Positions 20,701-27,578 of a stretch of 64,000 nt of DNA are shown here, piece after piece. A program made the translations under genes and the position numbers. The stretch is from Candidatus Melainabacteria bacterium 17Bon1m (GTDB lineage: Bacteria; Cyanobacteriota; Vampirovibrionia; Obscuribacterales; Obscuribacteraceae): positions 128,001-192,000 of the forward strand of contig JAVLKG010000001.1 of the NCBI GenBank assembly GCA_032128875.1, read 5' to 3'. Position 1 is the first letter of the stretch. Each line of letters opens with the position of its first letter. The notes below the pieces were generated by a model. That model ran no database searches. It had not been told where the DNA came from and saw only the letters and a list, made by a program, of their open reading frames with translations.

Positions 20701-23533
20701 GATCCGTGACCCTAATAACATTGACCTTGTCAGACAAGTTGTACAAGCGCATGCGTACTGGCGTCTCAAGGGGCTTGCCGTTGATCTCGTTATTTGGAAT
20801 GAAGATAAAGCGGGATATCGACAGCTGATTCAAGACCAGATCATGGGCTTGATCGCTGGTGGCGTTGAGGCTAGTCTGATAGACAGGCCCGGTGGAATAT
20901 TTGTCCGTCAAATTGAACAAATTTCGATTGAAGATCGTATTTTGTTGCAAACGGTCGCCCGCGCAATTATCAAAGACAGCAATGGAACTCTCCCTGAGCA
21001 GCTTAATCGGCGCAGTGTGCGGGAAGTTCGGATGCCGGCTCTAACTCCTGTGCGCACGCATCAGGCTGAAAGCAAATCTAGTGTTGTTCCGCAAAGAAGT
21101 GATTTGATATTTTTCAATGGTTTGGGAGGCTTTACTTCTGACGGTCGAGAATATGTAATTAGCACTGCGCACGGTCACGTGACTCCGTTGCCTTGGGTAA
21201 ATGTGCTGGCTAATCAGTTCTTCGGCTCCGTTGTCTCCGAGAACGGACTTTCTTATACCTGGCTTGAAAATGCCCATGAATTCCGACTCACTCCTTGGCA
21301 CAACGATCCAATCACAGATGAGTCAGGAGAAGCATTTTATGTCCGCGACGAAGAGACCGGTCACTTCTGGTCACCAACCCCGATGCCTGTGCGCGGTGCT
21401 ACTCCGTACACAACACGTCACGGTTTCGGGTACAGTGTATTCGAGCACACCGAGGGCGGTATCACAACGGAATTGTGTGTGTTCGTTGTCCTTGATGCGC
21501 CAGTGAAGATATCTGCACTTAAGGTCCGCAACAATTCGGGGCGTGCAAGAAAATTGTCTGCAACAGCCTATTTCGAATGGGTATTCGGTGATCTGCAACC
21601 TAAGACCGTCATGCATGTTAGCACCGAGATTGATACAAAGACTGGAGCCCTGTTCGCGCGTAATCCATATAACAGAGAATTCGGAGACCGGATCGCTTTT
21701 GTAGACGTCGACGACATCATGCGTTCTGTAACCGGGGATCGAGCGGAATTTCTTGGGCGCAACGGAAGTTTGCGCAATCCCGCAGCAATGAGTAAGCAAA
21801 AACTGTCGGGTCGAGTTGGCGCTGCACTTGACCCTTGTGGTGCTGTGCAGGTTGCATTCGATCTTCAAGACGGTGAAGAGAGAGAGATTATTTTCCGGCT
21901 TGGTATCGGACGCGACGAAAGCGATGCCAATAATTTGATCAATCGCTTTCGCGGCAGCAAAGCCAGAAACGATTCATACGAAGCGCTTTGCCAGTATTGG
22001 AAACACACTCTGGGCGCACTCAACGTGCAGACACCCGATCCTGCATTAAACATGCTGGCAAATGGCTGGTTGCTATACCAGACGATTGCCTGCCGCCTGT
22101 GGGCTCGAAGCGGCTACTATCAGTCCGGTGGTGCTTTTGGTTTTAGAGATCAGCTTCAAGATGCTATGGCACTAGTGCACACAGAACCATTGCTTTTGCG
22201 AAAGCAATTGCTCTTATGCGCTTCGCGCCAGTTCGTGGAAGGCGATGTTCAGCACTGGTGGCACCCTCCAACAGGACGTGGTGTTCGTACGCGTATTTCG
22301 GACGATTACCTCTGGCTGCCCCTGGCTGCTTGTCGCTATGTAATGATGACCGGTGACACAGGTGTTCTCGACGAGCAAACGCATTTTCTTACCGGCCGCC
22401 CAGTCAATCCTCAAGACGATTCCTATTATGATTTGCCGGGGCGTTCGCAAGAAACAGCGAGCCTTTATGAACACTGCCAGAAAGCCATCCTGAATGGCTT
22501 GAAGTTTGGTGTTCATGGTTTGCCGTTGATGGGAACAGGCGATTGGAACGACGGTATGAATCTCGTCGGCGAACACGGGGAGGGCGAGAGTGTTTGGTTA
22601 GGTTTCTTCCTTCATGAGGTTTTGCGAAGATTTGTTCAATTGGCACGTCTTCGGAAAGACGAAGCATTTGCGAGTCGCTGTGAAGCGGAAGCCGCGCAGT
22701 TGAGGCAACACATTGCAAAAAGTGGATGGGATGGGGAATGGTATCGTCGCGCCTATTTTGATGACGGAACACCACTAGGTTCTTCCACAAACCCTGAATG
22801 CAAAATCGATTCTATTTCGCAAAGCTGGTCAATCCTGTCCGGCGCTGGAGAAATTGAACGTTCTAAGAAGGGCATGCAATCTGCGTATCAGCATCTAGTT
22901 CGCCACGAAAGTTCTTTGATTCAACTTCTTGATCCACCCTTTGATAAATCTGAGTTGAATCCTGGCTACATCAAAGGCTATGTTCCTGGTGTTAGAGAAA
23001 ACGGCGGACAGTACACCCATGCAGCAATTTGGTTGACAATGGCGTTTGCTGCACTTGGAGATAGCAAACGAGCCTGGCAGCTGTTCTCGATGATAAATCC
23101 GGTAAACCATGCGCTCGATCCCAACAGTATGCAGACCTACAAAGTAGAACCATATGTGGTGGCGGCGGACGTCTATGCTGTTTCGCCGCATACTGGGCGA
23201 GGTGGGTGGACTTGGTACACAGGTTCAGCAAGCTGGATGTATCGCCTGATTATCGAATCAATCTTAGGTATCCGCCTGCAAGTTGACCAGCTTCGCTTTC
23301 AACCCTGTTTGCCGGAAGAATGGCCTGAATTTAAAATCCACTACCGCTATCGCGAGACTGTTTATCACATAACAGTGATTCATAGAGCTGACAACGAAAA
23401 GCATCAGACGGTTACACTGAATGATGTAGTCCAACCTGATGGCGCGATAAAACTGGTCGACGATCGACGCGAGCATCTTGTTGTCGTGAGTGTTGGTCGC
23501 AGCTCGGAACGTACTTTTTCACCAACAGCCTGA
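14786..23533 (+). CDS. ndvB: Cyclic beta-1,2-glucan synthase (Cgs/NdvB/ChvB type: GT84, glucoamylase-like and GH94 phosphorylase domains)
   Basis: 2915 aa with WMGYERKRGKL, TLDTDT, SHDLLEG, RHRWIRGDWQ, YDLLASEARL, QSGGAFGFRDQLQD, DWNDG and RENGGQYTHAA. Exact start uncertain. Confidence 0.95.
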   Translation: MIEETLFTDRWWMKQVSLPIFALLEGGNRQEFSAEELPLRAELFSADQMEQHGRTLAGLHKVEFGRAPDQLLARLAENEQVLTYACNMLTEAVNDNRRITSAGEWLLDNFYLIEEQIRTAKRHLPKGYSRELPHLISGVSVGFPRVYDIALTNVSHGDGKLDPDSLDRFVASYQTVTELKIGELWAIPIMLRLALIENLRRVAVRMVIHMNEHLQAGIWADKMIDVATSDPKSLILVIADMARSNPPMVSAFVSELARKLQGQSSSLALGLTWMEQRLAEASTSIEQMVQAEAQIQAADQVSISNSIGSLRFLGAMDWRKFVEGQSVVEKTLLEDPSGDYGKMDFSTRDDYRHVVEKLSKKCRLSEKEIALAAVQLAKSNKNGDARSKHVGFYLIDKGLPELEKTVAVRFSLWDLCRQFGRRYSLISYLAPIFLITFAVTAALAYAAHAHGESKQFVAITAVVTFVSASQLAVSLVNWLATLLIPSKPLPKLDYSKGIPREERTLVIVPTMISSVSNIEDLVEALEVRFLANRDENLSYALLTDFLDADSESLPQDELLVKTITSKINELNQNYKSGPRDIFFLFHRPRLFNPASNVWMGYERKRGKLSALNSVLRGGSADCFSTIVGDYKSLVGTKFVITLDTDTQLPRDAARQFVGAMMHPLNRAHFDENRKLVTSGYGILQPRVGVCLPGTSLSRYAALQGNDPGIDPYTRAVSDVYQDVFYEGSFIGKGIYDVEIFEKTLSDRFPENCILSHDLLEGCYVRSGLLSDVQLYEEYPSGYSADVARRHRWIRGDWQIISWLGGDVPVLGKRRQKNPVSFLSQWKIFDNLRRSLVPSSLVTMLIVGWVSPSPSWIWTASALAILFIPSIVSSLLELVRKPEDVLWNQHIASALSSSARNLGQAMFNLACLPYEATYSLDAIFRTLFRMTVTKKHLLAWYPSSEANRKQRRDFVGIYSQMCSAPTIALGVLAYVIAQKPLDIVAVGPIVLLWMFSPAIAWWLSRPLAVSGSNLTDEQRIFLRKIARRTWAFFETFVTAEDHWLPPDNMQELPIHVVAHRTSPTNMGMSLLANLAAYDFGFIQSGELVERTYSTLVTMRALDSYRGHLYNWYDTITLKPLKPLYVSTVDSGNLAGHLITLKAGLLELFDEPVISVQVFSGLQDTLDVLKQTVGEKIVIPELTTFDDLLKTAKLDPPTTVTGLHEWFEQLQKCAEEITIRVGETPGTEIKHWVQALKRQVSAALMELTLLIPWTALPGLNTVSERIPQIEQTPTLRELSTIYDSLSPIIQKSCTSDRPMQELKCFAELLALLSEASRRAKERIGIISQLVMHVEELAQMEYDFLYDKSKRLLAIGYNADEKRVDASYYDLLASEARLCNFVAIAQGQLPQESWFALGRSLTTAGGKPVLFSWSGSMFEYLMPLLVMPNYKNTLLDQTYHASIERQIEYGNQRNVPWGISESGYFAVDAHLNYQYRAFGVPGLGLKRGLAQDLVIAPYATVLALMVVPDEACENLERLTSEGFAGSYGFYEAVDYTAARIPRGHSRAIIQSYMAHHQGMSFLSLAYTLLDQPMQRRFVSDPSFQSTLLLLQERIPKATAFHSQTAETAEVRFGSAADEAPVRFFSSPNTTVPEIQLLSNGRYHVMMTNAGGGYSRWKDLAITRWREDTTRDNWGTFCFIRDVSTGEFWSTAYQPTLKQPDRYEAIFSEARVEFRRRDFDFDTHTEIVVSSEDDIELRRVRITNRSRSRKTIDVTSYAEVVLANPNHDNAHPAFSNLFVQTELIDQGHAILCNRRPRSANEHQPWMFHLMSVHGATTGDVSRETDRAKFIGRGNSLSNPSAMNTPGLLSNTQGSVLDPVVSVRYQIVLDPEKSAIVDIVTGVADTRETCISLVEKYQDRGLADRVFDLAWTHSQVVLRQLNANEADGQLYARLANLVVYASSTLRADASVIIKNRRGQSDLWGYAISGDLPIVLLQIRDPNNIDLVRQVVQAHAYWRLKGLAVDLVIWNEDKAGYRQLIQDQIMGLIAGGVEASLIDRPGGIFVRQIEQISIEDRILLQTVARAIIKDSNGTLPEQLNRRSVREVRMPALTPVRTHQAESKSSVVPQRSDLIFFNGLGGFTSDGREYVISTAHGHVTPLPWVNVLANQFFGSVVSENGLSYTWLENAHEFRLTPWHNDPITDESGEAFYVRDEETGHFWSPTPMPVRGATPYTTRHGFGYSVFEHTEGGITTELCVFVVLDAPVKISALKVRNNSGRARKLSATAYFEWVFGDLQPKTVMHVSTEIDTKTGALFARNPYNREFGDRIAFVDVDDIMRSVTGDRAEFLGRNGSLRNPAAMSKQKLSGRVGAALDPCGAVQVAFDLQDGEEREIIFRLGIGRDESDANNLINRFRGSKARNDSYEALCQYWKHTLGALNVQTPDPALNMLANGWLLYQTIACRLWARSGYYQSGGAFGFRDQLQDAMALVHTEPLLLRKQLLLCASRQFVEGDVQHWWHPPTGRGVRTRISDDYLWLPLAACRYVMMTGDTGVLDEQTHFLTGRPVNPQDDSYYDLPGRSQETASLYEHCQKAILNGLKFGVHGLPLMGTGDWNDGMNLVGEHGEGESVWLGFFLHEVLRRFVQLARLRKDEAFASRCEAEAAQLRQHIAKSGWDGEWYRRAYFDDGTPLGSSTNPECKIDSISQSWSILSGAGEIERSKKGMQSAYQHLVRHESSLIQLLDPPFDKSELNPGYIKGYVPGVRENGGQYTHAAIWLTMAFAALGDSKRAWQLFSMINPVNHALDPNSMQTYKVEPYVVAADVYAVSPHTGRGGWTWYTGSASWMYRLIIESILGIRLQVDQLRFQPCLPEEWPEFKIHYRYRETVYHITVIHRADNEKHQTVTLNDVVQPDGAIKLVDDRREHLVVVSVGRSSERTFSPTA

Positions 23534-23623
23534 TTTCACTGGTTGTTGCTGCCGTAGATCCGATTGAATCCGCTGTCGTTGGAGTTTCTTAGCATTCGCC
23601 GGACCTAGCTAGTAAGCGTAGAT

Positions 23624-23659
23624 GAATACCGGCGCAGAGTACTCCGGCCGGTATTTTTG
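23624..23659 (+). terminator. Terminator hairpin related to the 3' end of the multicopy element
   Basis: GAATACCGGC-GCAGAGTACTCCG-GCCGGTATTTTTG, with a G-C pair where the element has A-T. Confidence 0.75.
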
Positions 23660-23804
23660 ATCTAGCGTTCAATTCGGACTGCTTTGGCGCAGGCGCGCAC
23701 GGTCAGTCGCAAAACGATAAATGTAGGAAATGGATTTTTCGGCGTAAGAAAGGCCTCAGTGCAGCTGCAATAACGCTCTTTCTAGTGGCTTCGGATTGTC
23801 CAGA

Positions 23805-23888
23805 TTAATGCAAGAAGCCGAACAACCACAGAAGGGCAATAATGCCGGTCGGAACGCCGCAAATCCACAAAATGAATGCCTTACCCAT
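23805..23888 (-). CDS. 27-aa small membrane protein MGKAFILWICGVPTGIIALLWLFGFLH
   Basis: Below the ORF-track cutoff. ATG preceded by GGAGTAAATAGGA, almost entirely hydrophobic, with a W..GVP motif. Confidence 0.7.
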   Translation of the reverse strand: MGKAFILWICGVPTGIIALLWLFGFLH

Positions 23889-24078
23889 GATCCTATTTAC
23901 TCCAATTTTGTCAGTGATTTTCCGTACACCAGCGAGACTGGGCGCCTGTGGGAAAAGTTCCTTCTGAAAACCGGGAACCCTGGGAAGTCAGGATGGGCGG
24001 GGTATAGCGGTATCAGTAGCGGGGTATATCTAATCGATCTCGCGAACGTATACGATCGGCGCTTTTGCTGACTCGCCT

Positions 24079-24427
24079 GTTGATCCGGCGCTTGTTAACA
24101 CAACACGTGCTGCGATCGCTATGTCCAAAGCGCATCTCGATAATGCCAAGAATGGGATCGTTAAATCATCTATGGGGTAGTTGAACGTATTCGCAAACGC
24201 GATAAACTAATTGCATAACCGGTGAGCACATCACTTAAGTGTTGAGTGCTTTGAGCCGAGGGGCTTTGCGGAAACACTAGATCGGCGTCGATCGGAAACC
24301 GTAGCAAGAAGCCCGCACCACGTGAAGGACTGACTGAAGCGTGATGAAATACTGAGCTCATTTGCAATGAGCAGTCAGGCAGTAGTAAGAATGTCACCGC
24401 AGAGCAATCTGGGTGGCATTTTTGTTT
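24079..24427 (+). ncRNA. Multicopy structured element, copy 4
   Basis: Same boundaries as the other copies. The terminator stem is changed to AATGTCACC/GGTGGCATT but still pairs. Confidence 0.75.
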
Positions 24428-24447
24428 GTTTGCTTTTGGGAGGCGTC

Positions 24448-25362
24448 ATGGAAGTTGGTGTAATCGGGCTCGGCAGTATGGGTTTCGCGATAGCTTCGCA
24501 CATTCTGGTGGCAGGGCACGAAGTTACTGTCTACAACCGCACCGAGGAGAAAGCACATCCTTTAATGGAAGATGGCGCAATGTTCTCGCATGATCCTGCC
24601 GGTGCTGCGCAGGGAGACGTGGTCATCACGATGCTATCCGACGATCACGCTGTCGAGAGTGTGGTGTTTGGAACAACAGACGCTTCAGGTGGCACTCAGA
24701 ATGAAGCGGTCGACGGATTGCTAATGCATCAAGCTCCGGATTGTATACATGTTTCGATGAGCACCATCGGCGTTCAGCTGGTGAAACGGCTCGAGCGTGA
24801 GTACGCTGCTAAAGGAAAGCAATTTATTTCCGCGCCTGTGATGGGGCGTCCAGATGTCGCTGAGCGCGGAGAATTAGTTGTTATGGCATCTGGAAGCAAA
24901 GCTGCAATTGAGAAGTGTCAACCTGTGTTTGATGTAATTGGCAGAATTACTCACGTGGTTGGTGACAGCCCTGTGCAAGCTGCAACGATAAAGCTTGCAG
25001 CAAATTTTATGCTTAGCTCGATGATAGAGACACTCGGCGAGGCTTTCGCACTCGTGCGTAAGAATGGAGCGGACCATCACAAGTTCTTAGACATCATGGC
25101 GAAGGATTTTTTCAAATCACCCATATATGAAAAATACGGAGCAATTATTGCGCACGAAAAATTTGGTGGTGGTGCGTTCACCGTGAAGTTGCAAGAAAAG
25201 GATACGCGTTTAGCAGTTGCTGCGGCGATTGAATCGCAAGTTCCGATGCCGCTGTTATTTGCAATTGAAAACGCTTTTCTCAGTTCTATCGGACAAGGTA
25301 AAGGCGATATGGACCCTTGTGCTATTGCGCAACTTGCCGCCGAGAATGCCGGTTTGCGTTGA
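24448..25362 (+). CDS. NAD(P)-dependent beta-hydroxyacid dehydrogenase (3-hydroxyisobutyrate/6PGDH-like)
   Basis: GVIGLGSMG, YNRT, SMSTI, APVMG and KLAAN motifs. GGAGG precedes ATG 24448; the track start at 24367 lies inside the element. Confidence 0.92.
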   Translation: MEVGVIGLGSMGFAIASHILVAGHEVTVYNRTEEKAHPLMEDGAMFSHDPAGAAQGDVVITMLSDDHAVESVVFGTTDASGGTQNEAVDGLLMHQAPDCIHVSMSTIGVQLVKRLEREYAAKGKQFISAPVMGRPDVAERGELVVMASGSKAAIEKCQPVFDVIGRITHVVGDSPVQAATIKLAANFMLSSMIETLGEAFALVRKNGADHHKFLDIMAKDFFKSPIYEKYGAIIAHEKFGGGAFTVKLQEKDTRLAVAAAIESQVPMPLLFAIENAFLSSIGQGKGDMDPCAIAQLAAENAGLR

Positions 25363-25412
25363 TTGTTTTCTTTGAATGCCTTTGATGTTTTTCTTTCAAG
25401 TAAAATCGATTT

Positions 25413-25793
25413 ATGCCCGGACCTAAAACAATCACGTTGTACAGACCTGTTGGCGCTAAAGAGTTAGAGCTCATCGCTGAAGCTAAATATTTGGCGTTTC
25501 CTCCTCGTCTCTTCTTCCAGCCTATTTTTTATCCTGTAATGAATGAAGAGTATGCGACGCAAATCGCGCGCGACTGGAACACCAAAGATGAGGCGTCTGG
25601 ATACGTTGGTTATGTGACCAAGTTCGAAGTTAGCAGCGAATACCTATCCAAATTCGAAGTTCAAGTCGTTGGTGCCGCGGATGTGCACCAAGAATATTGG
25701 ATTCCAGCCGAAGACTTGGAGAGTTTCAACAAAAATATTGTCGGCAAAATCGAAGTGATTTCGACGTTTGTTGGAGATAAAGCTAAGCAGTAA
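25413..25793 (+). CDS. Conserved protein of the family often labelled 'ADP-ribosylation/crystallin J1'
   Basis: LYRPVG.KEL, FPPRL..QPIFYPV, YA.QIARDWN and EYWIPAE motifs. Confidence 0.75.
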   Translation: MPGPKTITLYRPVGAKELELIAEAKYLAFPPRLFFQPIFYPVMNEEYATQIARDWNTKDEASGYVGYVTKFEVSSEYLSKFEVQVVGAADVHQEYWIPAEDLESFNKNIVGKIEVISTFVGDKAKQ

Positions 25794-25799
25794 TGATGT

Positions 25800-27578
25800 T
25801 TATTTTGCTGCCTTTTGCTCAAAATAAGGATTGGGAAGAATAGGTGCTTTCTCTGTATTCTTATCAGCCTTTTGTGTGTCCATTTCTTTGACGAGCACTG
25901 ATGGTGCGACGATACTAAGCGCATCTCCTTGTGAAGCTGTAGGCAAAAGGATCGGATATGCAGTTGCATTATCGCCAACTGCAACGATGTCGCGCAGAGT
26001 ATTCAAACCTACCCCGTTAAACGGCGTAATACGCGCAAGTGTTTCTGCGCCGGTTTCGACATCGACTTGATATACCAACGAAGCCGGAAGTAAATTAAAG
26101 CCTGCGTGTTTGCGCATTGAGCCCATCATGCCCATGATGATCGATTTGGGATCAAGTACTGAGGTAAAAAGGTTTTGCACACGTCTCACAACGAGCACTG
26201 ATTTGAGACCTTCCTGTTTCCCGAGTTCGCGCAGTTTTTTGTACAAGTCATCTTTGCTCAATGTGGTTTCAGACGTTACAAACAAATTTGTAGTGGTTGC
26301 ATTCCCATAGCGGGAGTGACCGTTGCTTTCCTTCACGTATCGACTGGGCGTTCTTGTTGAGCAGAATGTTTTGAGAATGCCTTTGTCAATAAGTGTGAGC
26401 TTTTGAGGCTTTACACCTTCGTGATCTATATTCATGCCACCAAAAAGTTTTGTACCTTTAAATTCGGTCGCTGCCGGATCGTCTATCACAGACATAAATG
26501 TTGGCAAAACACGCTGCCCCACCTTCTCTTTGAGAGGATTTGTGCTGCCCATCATTGCTGCTATGCCGCCGCCCAGTGGTTCGGTGGGATTGCCAAAGTT
26601 TTGTCCAATTGTCTGAGAGAAGAAGTCTCCTGCCGCTTCGTTCTCAAAGAGAATAGGACCTTCGTAGTCTTCGAGAAGTGGTGCCTTAATAGAATCTGTC
26701 AGCCGATTCCCCATTGCGCGAAGCTTCTTTTCCATCTCGGCAACGCTTGGCAAATCTTCTTCTGTACGACCTACGAAAACTTCGCTGTCGCAAACCACCG
26801 TGCCATCGTCGGCGCGAGCTGATGCTGTAACCATCAGGACATACTCTGGTCTTGCCGAGAATGTCTTTGTTCCTTCGCTATTGACGAACCAGCGATTGAG
26901 GGTGTCCAATCCGAACATAACAAATGACTGATCAATTTTCGGGTAGTCCTTATACACAGCAGAGAGCTGCCTTACGATGTTGCTCCATTTTGCCTCGTCG
27001 CACTGCACACGGACTGGAGATTCGAATAATGTAGTTGATTTTTCCTTGGAGAAATCCGCAGGACGATCCTTCACATTATTCTGCTGTAAGAACGCTTTCT
27101 TTGCTTCCAGCTTCTCAATTGCGCCTTTGTATGCGTCATCTGTTTCACTCCAAATTGATTGACGCAAAACCTTATAGTCATCGTCGACGGTAATTTCCTC
27201 ACCGTGCGATAACCTGCCGCCCATCAGCATTCCAAACAGACCGCCGTCTGAAAATCTTGTGTTGTCCAGGTCGTAATCGCCTACCCTCAGTTCGACGTTC
27301 AGGTCTCTGTCATGCTCAATATTTTTTGTATCGATTGCTCCAAATGAGCCTGCAATTCTCACGAGATCTTTGTCTTTTACTGTGTATGAAATGAAATATG
27401 GTGCTTCGTGCCCCTTTATCTTGAGCTCTTTCATGGAGCGGTCCATTTCGTCTTTCATCGCTTTGAAAATGACGTCGTCCTGTGCCAGCGCGCTATTCGA
27501 AGGCGCAGAGCTCATATAGGTCGAAAGCAATATCGACAGGATTGTGACTGGAACAGTTTTTCTTTTGAAGTTTTTCAT
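25800..27578 (-). CDS. TldE/PmbA-like protein with signal peptide
   Basis: AMKDEMDRS, PYFISY, Y.GPILF and DHEGV motifs. No HExxxH. N-terminal signal-like ...ALA-QDD. Confidence 0.8.
   Translation of the reverse strand: MKNFKRKTVPVTILSILLSTYMSSAPSNSALAQDDVIFKAMKDEMDRSMKELKIKGHEAPYFISYTVKDKDLVRIAGSFGAIDTKNIEHDRDLNVELRVGDYDLDNTRFSDGGLFGMLMGGRLSHGEEITVDDDYKVLRQSIWSETDDAYKGAIEKLEAKKAFLQQNNVKDRPADFSKEKSTTLFESPVRVQCDEAKWSNIVRQLSAVYKDYPKIDQSFVMFGLDTLNRWFVNSEGTKTFSARPEYVLMVTASARADDGTVVCDSEVFVGRTEEDLPSVAEMEKKLRAMGNRLTDSIKAPLLEDYEGPILFENEAAGDFFSQTIGQNFGNPTEPLGGGIAAMMGSTNPLKEKVGQRVLPTFMSVIDDPAATEFKGTKLFGGMNIDHEGVKPQKLTLIDKGILKTFCSTRTPSRYVKESNGHSRYGNATTTNLFVTSETTLSKDDLYKKLRELGKQEGLKSVLVVRRVQNLFTSVLDPKSIIMGMMGSMRKHAGFNLLPASLVYQVDVETGAETLARITPFNGVGLNTLRDIVAVGDNATAYPILLPTASQGDALSIVAPSVLVKEMDTQKADKNTEKAPILPNPYFEQKAAK

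Noticed and set aside
23796-24071. 91-aa plus-strand ORF
   Set aside because: TTG start with no RBS or motif, and it overlaps a better-supported minus-strand microprotein.
12745-24397. Similar minus-strand ORFs (SSVFHHASVSPSRG...) at 12745-12951, 14383-14589 and 24170-24397
   Set aside because: They are antisense shadows of the repeated element. Copy 1 has a 1-nt insertion that shifts the frame, starts and stops differ, and substitutions follow base pairing rather than codon position.
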